Of a stretch of 64,000 nucleotides of DNA, positions 35,241-48,559 are shown piece by piece; positions within the stretch are counted from its first letter, which is position 1, and each line of letters starts with the position of its first letter. The notes under the pieces were generated by a model, which saw only the letters and a program-made list of their open reading frames with translations, searched no databases and was not told the DNA's origin. Origin of the DNA: Eledone cirrhosa. Taxonomy: Eukaryota. A program made the position numbers and the translations under genes. Where the stretch lies: assembly GCA_964016885.1 (NCBI GenBank), contig OZ024740.1:125364001-125428000 (forward strand), read 5' to 3'.

Positions 35241-38200
35241 AAGAAATATAATGACATGAAAATGAATATTAGAAAAAACATTATTTGTTTTTTTTATTTT
35301 TTAATGTTTTTCCTCCTCATAAAGCTGTGAAGCACTGTAGGAAAGCAGTATTAAATTGATGTATGAAAATTGTCAAATATTCAATATATTTTGATGAATA
35401 TAAATAGTTTAAAGATAATATCTTAGTGAGCTATAGTAGAAATTAAATAGTACATTGACATTTAGATTATGAATCTTATCAAAAATATTATCAGTATTAA
35501 ATTTTAGAATGTTTCAAGAAACTTCACTAGTTTCAATCAAAATAACTTTATGAGATTTTTAAATATATGAATGTAGTATGATATAGCAGGTGTTCACTAA
35601 GAATTAATTTATATATTCTCACAAATTTAGTACAGAGAAGAGACAGTCACATAGTATTTTTCATTTCAAAATCAGCGTTTATAATAATGTTTATTTCTAT
35701 TAATTAAACAGATGAGGCTTTTGTAGTTTTATCAAGACTGCTGAAATCGATGTGATTAGTGTTCAGTTTTTTAATTTGTGGGTCTCTGTCAGAAGCTTGA
35801 TGTTTGTAGGTAAAATGCAATGCAAGAATATTAGCAAGGAACGATTAGAAAACGTATTTAGAAAAGCGCCTGGTAAGATATAGTAATGATAACATAAGGA
35901 AAATAAGTGCATTGAAAAGGCAGAAGCAAAGTTAGCACACAGCCTGCAAATTATATTAGTGGCATAATAGGCACAGATTTGTAAGTGAATCATGTATTTG
36001 CCATTTTTATGCCTTTTTTATGATGTGATATAAGATGTGCTATAAGAGATCGAGAAAAATTGTGAATCTAGTATTTGTAGCAAATTTGTCTCTTTTGTGA
36101 GTAGGGAGGATGGATATAGTACAATAAACGTTACTTCTTGTGTGTAAACAAACCATTATTGAAAAGACTATGCAGTGATGTCCCTATTCATGAACAAAGT
36201 ATTACTGGTCATCTAGGTTAATTAACAATGATTTCTGTGCACACAAATTTAAAGAAGAATGAAGGGAGTTATCATCAATGTACTTTGTATTTGTATGTAT
36301 ATGTTTGTGGGTATATATGTGTGTCCGTGTGTATAAATATGTATGTGTATGCTGTTAAATGTAACAATGTGGTTAAATGAAGAGTGTGACAAATGTACCC
36401 AAAACATGGTGTATGCTTTAGTTGGAAGAATGTAGCTTGAAGTGTTACCCATTAGCCTATATTCAACTGGAGACTATATCCGACAAGATATTTTGAATAA
36501 TCCTGTATGTTGGCAACAAAGCTGGAGATTTAGATGCCAGAAAATGTTGAATGTCTTGTGATTTTAAGGCTAACAACATTTTGCTTTCTCTAAACTTCTA
36601 AAGGGTGATAAACCTCAGTATTTGATGTAGGAGAGCAAGTCTTTTGTAGATCTAAATTTCTAAAAACTGTACTGGTATTCAATGAAAAAGGAAGAAACTC
36701 ATAGGTTTAAATATGGTGTTTGCTTTAGATTGTTTTTATCATTTTTGAAATGTCAGAAATAAAAGAAATAGTGCTATATTTGGCAGGGTCTGAGTGTGAA
36801 GCATGCCATGTATATTGTGTTTGGATAATGGAAACAACACCGTCAAGATTCAGGGTACCTTCATTAGTTGTGATGAGCTGAGAAACCTTTGAACTTGGCC
36901 ATTATGTGTACATATTGGTATGACAGAAGACATTTAGAAGAAGTTTTGTTGTGAGTACTCTGTATGGATATGAAAGTAAAATAAATGTAAATGTGGTTAC
37001 TTTTTACAGCAATAGTCCATATTCCAAGTTTATGTTGTTTGAGAGAACATGGTTATTTCTCAAATTTCTATGATATAAAAATTTACAAAATGATAGAAAA
37101 GCAAATTACTGCATGCTCTTACTGCAGAAATTGTCATGTTGATATTTCAATTTGAAATTAATGACTTATTTTTTCACTTGTAAAAGCTTTCCAAGTTGAA
37201 ATTTCCTTAATCTTATGAAAGAAGTATAAAAGAAAAGTGAGGGAACATTCACAGATTTTCATGTTCAAGAAATGAGAAATATTTTGAAATGTTAGAAAAA
37301 TTCCCTAGTAAAATGATTAATAAGATTTCATTGTAATTTTTATTCTCAACCCAGCATAAATTTTTATTCTATTTTATGTGACTATTCTATTTTTTTAGTA
37401 ATTATTTAACCGTCCCTTTTCCTTGACTAGGAGTGAAGTAAATTGAAACTTTCTGCCATTCAGTGATCTATTGATTCAACTCTAAAAATATGAGTAAATG
37501 TGGTTGTTCAAACTGTTAGAAATAGTGCAGCAGAAATATTTGGTGAATTATGCAATGGTTTATCTAAAATGAGACTATGGAATTGAATAGTAACATTTCA
37601 GAAAGTGAAAGAACTCTTTACTTTTCAACCTTCTGGAGCATCATTCAAATATTGGGTTAATGTGATCGACTGTTCCTCTCTCCAACATTGTTGGCCCAAT
37701 GTGTAAAACAGAAATTATTATATATGTTACTTAGAGAATATAACAACTAACTGTGATTCTAATAAACTCCGTTTTAAAAAGATGGAACCAGTATAAAATG
37801 TTAGATGATGTGTGAATGAAGTTTGAAAGATCTGCTATCAGAATATTATACATTTTGAACATATTTTCCTCATGTAAAGTCCCAAGCATTTTATTAGTTT
37901 ATCAAAAATACAATGTGCATATAACATGGAAGAAGGAGTAAAACATGCAGTTCCATTTGTAATTGTTACATCAAATTATTGATAATTTAATGGATTTCCT
38001 GTGAATTCTCTGTAACTGGTGAAGATCTTTCAGATGTTAACCACTATAAAAAAAAGCAAAATGATCATGTTTAAATAAATAAGACGTGTGGCTTTCCTTT
38101 AATAAATTGAACATTGACATTTTGTTATGTATCAAGATATTTCATTTGAAATTTATCTGTACTTGACATGAATATATTCATGTTTTGTTAAACAAGAGAA

Positions 38201-38849
38201 GCTCTATGCGTTCACTCAAGCTGCTAAAAATAGCAGCACAATCTACCTCACCCCACACATGAAGGACAAATTAGTTAATGTATTCATCTAAATATACAAA
38301 GATGAAATGACCATGACTTTTGATTATGAGTTTGCTTAATTAGGACTGAAAACATTAAAACATTAACAAGATGGACAATATTAGATTAGAGTACAACCAG
38401 TATTATTCATTCTGAACTGAAATTTGGTTTTCTGTCTAATTCAGTTTCAAATTGACTAAAATTAAGTCACCAATTGAATTACTAAGAATAGAAAATGCTG
38501 TGAGCAATATAAATAAAGATCCTACACATTAGTTGGTGAAATTCATAGGGACTATCAGAAAGTTAGGGACCACCTGATTTTGTTAAACTCATAATCCTTA
38601 TCTTTTTTTTCATAAAAGGAAGACAGTAAGAAGATATAGAAGGAAATGAGAGAACAAAACTAGAATAAACTATTTTTTAAATGTTTAGTCAGGGAAAGAG
38701 CTTTCCAAGAGTAGTGGGAAGGATAGAATGCTTACATCAGCATAGGCTCTGCGAAAGGCATTGAAGGATCAGGTGATAGGATTGTTAAACTGGGCAATGA
38801 ACAAATACCTCAAAGCATTTTATTTGCTATTGTAACAACCCCATGAATT

Positions 38850-39860
38850 TGCTTCCCTCAACTGCTATTTATGTTTATCTACCTTGAAAAGATAAAAGGC
38901 ATTCATCTACTGCAGCTTCCTTCCACTAGGATTATCTGTCACTTCTTCACCCAACGATCATCTTCCATGCACATCTCATGTCCATACAAATGCAGTCTTT
39001 TCTTTTGCACACTACTTCTGATTCCTCTTAAACACAGCTTTTCTCTTGGTTCATCCAAGCACTGCTATTCTCTCACATTAATATTGCACATCCATCGAAC
39101 CATGCTTGTTTCATTTCTCTCCAGACTATGCATATTCTCTGCTGTTACTTCTCATCCTTCACTACCATGCAGCATGCCATTTTGAACACAAGTATCATAC
39201 AGCCACCCTTTGTTGTCAACTGAGGGAGTCGCTCTCTAAACTTCTTCTATCCTATCCTTATTCTAGCTATTATGCTCTAAGTGCACCCCACTCCACTACT
39301 AATTAGATCACCTAGATAAGAGAAGGTATCAACCACTTCTATGGATCCTTCATGTGACATGTGATTGGAAAAGGCTTGTATCACTGACGCTCTTACTATT
39401 AATTACACCTGCGCATCTATTACATACAAATTCTTCCTTTCCTATTATTCAGCCTGCTATTTGACTACACTTCTTGTGTACCCAAGATTTACATCATATA
39501 GAGCTTCTGCCTACTCCTTTTCTGCATATTAAACCAGGCCACTTCCATTTTATAGATTGAACTATAAGAACCAGATCAACTGTATAAAGATATTCCCATG
39601 GACAGCCAGTCTTAAACTTCTCTGTTATGACCTGGAGAATTACAAGGAACAGAAGTAGGCTGAAAAGCAAACCGTGATGAACTTCCACCTGTAGCTTGAA
39701 TTCCTCACTAAATGGACTTCCTACTATCACTTTACTAGTAGCTCCACTGTATATGGCTGGCACTACTCTCAGAAGTCATTCTTCTACCCCTAGTTTTCTT
39801 AAGGACTACCAGATAACAGATCAAGGTTCTCTGTCAAATGCCTTTTCTAAATCAGTATGA
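38850..39860 (-). mobile_element. Decayed RTE LINE fragment
   Basis: ORF 39494-39763: FSEEFKLQVEVHHG...QVITEKFKTGCPWEYLY.VDLVLI...CRKGVGRSSI. Confidence 0.85.
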
Positions 39861-40974
39861 CATAATATGCAACAATTCTGGACCATTGAATTACAGGCAC
39901 AGCCAACGTGACTGACTTCCATCCACACAATTTCATGCACAAAGCTTGGGGCAACTCGTGGCTATGATAAAATCACTTGCCCAAGATGTCATGAAATCGG
40001 ATCAAACCTCAGACCTCATGATTGTAAAGTGAATATCTTAACCCCCTCAACCCTGCCCGCATTCATTGAGAGTTTGTCTCCTGTTATATCTGTTGTGAAA
40101 TATCCCTATTCAATTCTTAAAACATCTGTAGCCAAGATTTAATGTAGCTGTCAGTAAACAAATAGTTCACTAATATAGTAAACTCCCATAGATTTATTGA
40201 TGATTGCTTTTTTTTTTTTTTTTTTTTTCCACTTGGAATACTGAATTTGAACCAATTCAAAGTTTATAGGAATTAATTGGCAAGTAGAGACATTGCACAG
40301 AGGAATTCTTACTATTGTAGAAGCTGTATGCTTCCAGGATATTTTTATCGTAGGAACTATATCTTTCTTATGCCTCAGTTTCAAATACTTCAACTACATC
40401 ACCAGTATAGTTACAGATAACTTATTTAGACTATTTTTAATATTTGGGGAAACAGATTTCCATTTCACATGCTCTCTAGCATATATGAAGACATAAGTGC
40501 ATGCAGGTGTGTATCATTTAAAAAATGCAAACATAATAAATATCTTCACACAATATACACATGCTGAAACAAATAGATATATACATTTTTGGGGTCCATG
40601 AATACTTGTACATATTCATATAGAATAAATTGAATTGTTTTACCTTCTGATGTAAATGGGTTAAAGAAATTTTGTCGTATTTACAACTACATTTCCTGCA
40701 AACAACCATTTTCCTTATATTTTTTTTCACCAAAGAATAAAGATGTATGTGCTGTAAAAGTCCTGCTTTTCTACTTGCTCACCATTATACATTCTAACTG
40801 CTAACCTCTAACCGAAACAGGGAGTACCATGAATAAAAAGTGCCTCAAAACATGGAGAAATGAGGCAAAATGGGGAGATTTTACATAATGAAAGCTATAC
40901 CCACCTTCACTCAACCACCCCAAAGTCAGTGAAACTGCAGTACAGACACTCTAAGTAAATAGGTAAATATGCGC

Positions 40975-41033
40975 TCGTCTAACCCATGCTAGCGTGGAAA
41001 ATGGACGTTAAACGATGATGATGATGATGATGA
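40975..41033 (+). mobile_element. Very short RTE 3' tail
   Basis: cgtctaacccatgctagcgtggaaaatggacgttaaac plus (GAT)n. Similar stubs at 5115-5163, 43363-43413 and 51271-51320. Confidence 0.85.
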
Positions 41034-41059
41034 TTTCTTCATCTCATTTGCATTTCACA

Positions 41060-42065
41060 AATATAAGGAAACTGGGTGTAGAGGCATGGCTTGTGAGGAC
41101 AGTGGAAGCTATGTACAGGGTGCTTTCGGTAAAGTAGAAGTAGGAATGGAGTTTAATGAGGAATTCCAAAAAGAAGTAGGAGTACATCAGAGTTTGGTCT
41201 TCTTGTTCATTATAGTTCGCCAAGCCATAAACGAGGAGTTTAAGACTGGCTGCCCCTGGGAACTTCTCTATGCTGACGATCTGGTACTTATAGCAGAATC
41301 AGTAGAAGAACTAGAGAATAAATTCTGGCTATGGAAACAGCAGTTGGAATCAAGAGGATTGAGAGTGAACCTAGCTAAGACTAAAGTGTTGATAAGTAGA
41401 AAAGAGGACAAAACTCTGATTCCATCAGGCAAATGGCCATGTTCGTTATGTAGAAAAGGAGTTGGCATAAATTCTATTAAATGTATATACAATGCAGATC
41501 TTAGGTACACAAGAGATATAGTGGGATAGCAGGAAAAATAACAGGTAGAGAAAACTACATATGCAGTAGATGTACAGGGAAATTTGACAGCAGAAGTTGC
41601 AGTGATAGACAGATTTTTCAAATGCAGGTAGGATCTATAGAGGTGGTTGATAGCTTCTGGTACCTAGGTGATCAGATTAGCAAGGACGGAGGAGTGCTCT
41701 GAGGCCATAGTATCTAGAATAAGGACGGGTTAGAAGAAGTTTAGGGAGATGCTTCTTCTGTTGACAAAGAAGGGTTTCTCCCCATGAATGAAAGGCTAGT
41801 TATATGATGCCTGTGTGAGATGTATGATGCTGCATGGTAGTGAGATATGTGCAGCAACTGTGGGGGATATGCGACGGCTGGAGAGAAATGAAACACTCAT
41901 GCTCAGTTGGATATGCAAAATTAATGTGCATGAATGACCAAGCATAGACGAGTTGAGAGAGAAACTGTGTATATGGACCGTGACAAATGGAGAGATGTTG
42001 AATAGGACCCGTCCTACCCTTGCAAGCAGGGAAAAGTGGACGTAAAATGATGATGATGATGATGA
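41060..42065 (+). mobile_element. Decayed RTE LINE fragment
   Basis: ORF 41086-41529: GVHQ...FKTGCPWELLYADDLVLIAES...KTKVL...WPCSLCRKGVG. (GAT)n tail near 42050. Confidence 0.9.
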
Positions 42066-45059
42066 ATTCTTTCATTGAGCAAAATTGGTTTCTGTTAGAC
42101 TCCTTCTTATGTCTGTCTATACTTTTGTATATATATATATGTACATATCTTCAGTATAGTTTTTAATTCCTCTCTTACAGTCGAGTAAAGAATTTGGCTC
42201 TATCAGACTGCTATATATAGCAGCCCTTTCACTTGCCATTGTCCACATACCACTGCCCCTCTTTATCTTATTTACATTTTCCAAATATAATTTCCCTCTC
42301 TCACTATATATATATATATATAAATGTATAAATATTTTGTATCTTCAAATATTTATACATATGGTATAAAGCTATGCTTGAAGCGAAATCCTATTTCTTT
42401 TTTATATATATATATGTGTGTTGTGTGTGTTTGTATGTATGTATTTATGTTAGGTGTTTTTCTGTATGTATGTAATAAAATAAAATAAAATAAAATATTT
42501 TCCTGCTCTGTAAAACACCTGATGTTCTTACATTGAGCTATTTCTCTTACTGGTAATAAAGTAGTAGAAATTACTGACCTTTCCTGTTTAAAGTTGTTTA
42601 TAGTATATACATAACTATAAATGGTATTATTATTATATATATGTATATACTTTGGATTACTTTGCATACTGCAGGGCTGCTAGTGGTCAGTCATTTATAA
42701 GAAAATATTCAAAGGATGAAGGATTCTTTACAGGCATTTTACTGCTCATATTAGTGCTGGATAGCGATCAGCACACACACAATTATTATCATCAGAATCA
42801 TTATTTATAACTTCAGTATTAACATTAATTTTGTCAATCCTGATATATTAGTCATCATTATAACTATCATGATGAATTTGAATATAGCTTGAATGGTTTC
42901 TGTTCATACAGAAATGCTACTAGTTAAACAGAAAACATTAGCTTAGAGAATTCGAAATTTTATTCCAAACTTTACTTTTTCTTTAAAAAACAAACAAAAC
43001 CAAACATACTAACTTTTAAGAAACCTCCAAATATATACACACATACATATATTCATTTGAACGTACAAAGATATGTCTATATTGATATTTGAATATATTC
43101 AACAAACACTTCAAGACATAAGTGTATATTGTAGATAAATATAGAATAAATTTTGCAATCATGGAAGAATATGCACAGTATTTTTATTGGTTTCTGTTTA
43201 TAAAACTGATAGATTATAAAAAAGTTAGTGCCATAAATCATAAATTGTTAAAGTGAAATGTCTAAGAATTTATACATACATGCATACATGTATACATGCA
43301 TGCTTACATGCATACATGCATGCATAAATTCATACACACATACATATATACATACATACACTCCTGTCTAACCCATTCTAGCGTAGAAAATGGACGTTAA
43401 ACGAAGATGATGATACATACATACATAATGGCTACATCTTGTTTTTAAGAATTGCTATCCCTTGAACTTTTTCTCAGATATGAATGACACGAACATGTCA
43501 CTTAGATTCCTTTTTGCATATGCTGCAGGAAAAGGAAAATGAAATGGTGATGCTCACACGATATGGGTGAAAGTTGTTTAAATCAATTGATACCTGTGCT
43601 TGAAGCTTTTTTAAGTGAAGAAAGGCCTTGTACTAGACCAATCCCACCCTGAACAACGGTGAGAGGTATCCAAAAAGAACAACTGATCATAATTGGCTGC
43701 CATTGAGTTGCTGGTTTTACATCAGAGTTTTCCTACTCCTAGCATGATGTCATAAAAAGAACTAGGGGTCTCACTCCCATGAACTAACTGGATGTTTCGG
43801 CATCAAACCAAGTATTTCCATGTCCTGAGCATACATATATACATACATACACACATACATACACACATACACATATATACATACATACAGGCATACATGC
43901 ATATATACATACATAGATAAATGCATACATACACACATGTCAAAATTAATTCTCTAAACATGCATAAATGTTTAATTTTTTTTCAATTAAATGTGTTTCT
44001 CATATTATCCAGTGGTTCTCTAATGTGTTTTTCTAGTTGTGAATAGTTCAAAATATTATATATATTTTTTTTTTGCCTCCCAAATGATATGAATGTTTTT
44101 AAGTGCAGCTTACCTTATCCTCAGCGTGATGTATAAATATCATAATGTTGTTTGAAATTAATAAAAAAAATATATAAGTTTGGGTCATTGTAAAGCTTAT
44201 CTCATTTCTGTATGATTCTACATTTAAAGTTCTTGTTTGTTAGTTCCATAATTTACTTGTAATCCTAGAGTGAATTATCTGCATATTAAGTTTTGCTTTA
44301 GCTCTAAATCTCAAAATTTAAATTGATTTCATATGAAGATCTAACATATACACAATCACACATGTACACACACTTATGAATTTTATGTTTTATTCATACA
44401 GAATATATAGATATGTAAGATATTGATTTGGTATATGTTTATATAATTTTTTCGTGTTTATACTTAATAAGATGCAACTTGTCATTGGAGAATGAGTGTG
44501 TTTCTATGAAAACAATATTGTAACAGAGTAGAAGTTAGTGTGGAAGAATAGAAACAACAATTAATATATGAGAAGTAAAGTTAGGAATGAGGACAGAAAG
44601 AGAAAGAAAGAGGGATTGAGATGGTAAACATAAAATTATTACAAAGACATTAGGAGTAGTGATAGAACCCCCACATACCCGATATTCTGTCTCTATCCCC
44701 ACATTATCTTATGCTATTAGTATTTCCATGTTAAATATTTATTTTGTAAATATTCAGTGACATTTCCAGCAGATGAGCCAGCAAATGAATCTATTGGAAT
44801 TGTTGCTACCATTGTGTTTAAATTTAAATGAAATACATTTTACAAGAAAATAAAAATGAAGAAAAAAAATCCTCTCCAAATCTATGAAACTTCTTGACAT
44901 TCTTTTCAATATCATGTGAATCACATGTGTATGTAAGCCTCTATATCAACCTTGCTTGTTATGCAACTATTTGTTAAAATATTGATGCAGGTAGCACTGC
45001 TTTAGTAAGAAGTTTACTTTGCAGCCATGTAGTTTCAGGTTCAATTCAACTGTGTATCA

Positions 45060-45560
45060 CCATTTCATATCTGCTTCTTCATGCTTGTATGGATGGATGG
45101 GTTCTTTCTACTTCAGCATCTCTCCTTTAATCTCAGTCCTTCATCAATCCAGCTGTGAGATTCAGTGATTTGAGATCAGCACTGAAAACCTCTGTCCAGG
45201 TCTTCCTTTTTCTCCATTGACTGTAACTCCATTCCACGAGGATTTGTTGGCTCTTCTTCCACCACCTCATCATCCATATGCATCACATAGCCATACCAGT
45301 GCAGTCTTCTCTCCTGCACACTACACCTAACATTCCTTATGTTCAGTATCTCTCTCCGTTCAACTATGCTTTGTCTTTCACGCTTATTAACATTATACAT
45401 CCATCGAAGTATGCTGCTTCAGACATAAAACCAAATTGCATCTCATCAAAAATATTTGATGTCCTGGTAGTCTTAACATTTTTCATCTCCTTGATTGCTT
45501 CCCTAACACTATAATTGTTCATATCGAATCTTATGTGAAAAAATTTACAAATAGAAACCT
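45060..45560 (-). mobile_element. Decayed, internally deleted RTE fragment
   Basis: VQERRLHWYGYVMHM (45176-45400) and DEMQFGFM (45364-45567). Confidence 0.75.
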
Positions 45561-45572
45561 CACTCAAGCCTG

Positions 45573-45573
<1 letters not shown>

Positions 45574-45621
<48 letters not shown>
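45574..45621. repeat. (TA)n microsatellite
   Basis: Seen directly. Confidence 0.97.
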
Positions 45622-45630
<9 letters not shown>

Positions 45631-46399
45631 AAAAGGAAAATAAAAAATAATGACACAAAGTCTTATTAGTTTCGTGCTTTATAGACCAGGAAACAAAAAT
45701 TATGTATGCCTCATTTGAGAGGACCTCTCTCCATAGAAGAGCAGCATTCAGTGTGTTTTTGTCATTAATATTCTTTTTTATTTTTAATTCATGACACCAA
45801 CAATAGGTATGTTAAATGTATGAGTTCATGAGTTTTTCCAAAAATGTATTTGCTTTTAAGACTTGGTACATCTTTGCACAAGCTCCTTTATGCTCTCGGA
45901 AATTAACCATGTATTCAATACTTCCTAAACTTCATGGTCTGAGGCAATTTGATAGCCTTGTAAGTTGTATTTGAGTAGATAAAGAAATTAACACAAACAA
46001 AATCTGAATTTGCCAATCTAGTCAATGAAACAAGCTTGCCTCAACGACATCAATCTAAGTTAAAGGAGGATTTCAAAGAAAAAACTCCTGTTTCATTTAA
46101 TTTTATGTTTGTGGCATAACAATCTAACATAACAGGGAACTCCATCTTGTATGATCACATTGTTTCTCCAAAAGCCCACTAAAGAAAAACATTTGGACCA
46201 AATCACATCATTTCTATGCAAATTCTTTTTGACTAAAAACTATAAATAGTCTAAAGAGTTTAGTTATCAGTAGAGCTCTCCACTTGTTACTGGAAACTCT
46301 GTTGCTTTGGTTTGTGACTTTTACATGATGTTTTGTGTATATTGAATATGTGTGATCTCAAGTGTCAAACATCATTATACAGATATTATTACCACAAAA

Positions 46400-46587
46400 G
46401 GGCAGTGGATTGGCAGCATCGGTAGAGGGTCTGGCGCCATGCTTTACTGCAAATAGTTACGGTCCTTTATGGTCTGAGTTCAAATCCCGCCGAGATTAAC
46501 TTTGCCTTTCATCCTTACGGGGTCGATAAAATAAAGTACCAGTAATACACTGGGATAATTGCTGGCCTTGTGCCAAAAGTAGAAACA
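46400..46587 (+). mobile_element. tRNA-derived SINE (family A), full length with 15-bp TSD
   Basis: A box tggcagcatcgg and B box gagttcaaatccc. Core gcctttcatccttacggggtcgataaaataaagtaccag resembles the MetaSINE domain as I recall it. Direct repeat attattaccacaaaa at 46385-46399 and 46588-46602. Confidence 0.93.
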
Positions 46588-47439
46588 ATTATTACCACAA
46601 AACAACAATGACTTTAAACAAAAGAATCTTATATACCTGCTGAGCGATTTGAATGCTGATATTAAATTCTTTTCTTTTGCACAGAAATGCAAGTGTACAC
46701 AATTTTCACACAGATTTTTCTCAAATGCATAATTAAATTGTTTTACATGTATTATGTCTTTTCCTCAAATGTTAAATTTGCTGAATTAAGAAAAGACATT
46801 TATGTAAAAGACATTAAATACCATTTTGTAAACTTCTAGTGTTATGTTTTTAGTTAAAAGTTAAATGCTGATCTTGGTGCTATATTTTGAACATGTGTAA
46901 TTGTAATGGAAGCGTAGGTTTTTCAACTTATTCAATAACGGAAGTAAAACATTGTTTTGGCCTCAACATTTTCATATTAAATTCTATTCTAACATACATT
47001 ACAACCATAGCATCTTTTGTTATTGTTAAAGCTACACACATAGAGACACACACACACATACACATATGCACAGCAAAACACACACATATGCATGTGTTCA
47101 TATATATATATATGATATTTGAGAATGTAAGGATTGGTGGCTGCTAGATGTTTTGCCCAGAAGCTGTACCAAATGCATGTTTGGAAATGTAACACAAAGA
47201 AATCAGTGCAAATGACACACACACATACAAGTATATTTTGAAAGGCTTTAAAATGTACATAGGTTTGTAAACAATTAAGTAACAAAATGAACCCTCGATT
47301 TGGGATTTGAGATATTAGTATGTATAGTATGGTCCCATAACTCCCAACGGATTAATTAGGGTTGTCATATTGACATACAACATTTCTTGGGCATTTTTAA
47401 ACCACGCAGAGCCCATCCCTTGTCAACAGATTTCTTCCA

Positions 47440-47650
47440 GAGAACGACAGAGTGAGAGAATGGAAGTGAGAAAGATATATAGAGGAAGAATCGGCCCCGG
47501 TACTGAACTGGTACTTTTTTTTATCGACTTGATAAAATGATGAAAGACCAAGTTGACCACAGCAAGATTAGAACTCAGAGAGCAGAGAGCCAAAACGAAT
47601 ACCACAAAGCATTCTATCCGACATTCTAAGAACTCTGCCAATTCAGTACC
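47440..47650 (-). mobile_element. Older related tRNA-derived SINE
   Basis: ctggtacttttt...tatcgac...gatgaaag core and gaactcag B-box-like motif. Confidence 0.7.
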
Positions 47651-48559
47651 TATTTTACACCAGATATCTCATCTAGTGTTCTTCCTGAAATCATATTCAC
47701 ATGATTGAGAATGAAAGGAAACCATTTAAGGTACACAAGACTCTTTAGTCTTGTCAAAGACATGGCATACTCTCTAGAGCTGAACTATAATGAAATCCAC
47801 TCCTTCAAGTGGTTGGTATTAGGAAGAGCATCCAACTGTAGGATCTATCTAAAAATTGTGATACATGAGCATGACCTGGTCCCTAGCTCCATCTAAAAGT
47901 GCAATAACTTGAAGAAATAAACCAGACACTAATGACCAGACACTAATGACTCTCCAACCAATATCAGCATGCAAAATAGATATGAAAGGGTGAAAATGAT
48001 AATGGTGATGACGAGCATGATGATGATGATGATGATCACTTTTGTCTTTTATCACTTCAGAAGTTGGATAATAATTACCAGTAAAATCAAACAGCTGTAA
48101 TCTTCCACTTCACAAACAAAAGAAACAAACAGACAGCTAGACAGGAAATGTGAAAGAAAAAGATAATTTGTATCTTAGTTAAAAAATGTTTGCCTTCATG
48201 TCCTGTAAGGCATTACATAGACTTATAGCATAGCAATTATTGGTTTAGAGATGCTGATAATTTGTAAAATTGAATAAATAAATTTTGCAGCTTGTTTTCT
48301 TGTGGACAAGGCATAAGCAAATATCTTCAACAGTTGTGTGCATATATCATGTTTCAACAGAAAGTCTAGAAGCATCTTTGGCTTGTTATTGTAAAGTACT
48401 AATAAGTTTTTGAACAAATCTATAAATAATGTTTATATACATCTATGTATGTATATATATTGTTATACACGTGTTTGTGTATGCATAATTAAGTAGTTAT
48501 AAGTTTTTGAAAACTTAAATAATTTTTATATACATCTGGATACATCATGATTGTATATG

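Noticed and set aside
46400-46495. tRNA gene
   Set aside because: A and B boxes are present, but the spacing is extended, there is no cloverleaf, and it belongs to a multi-copy SINE with TSDs.
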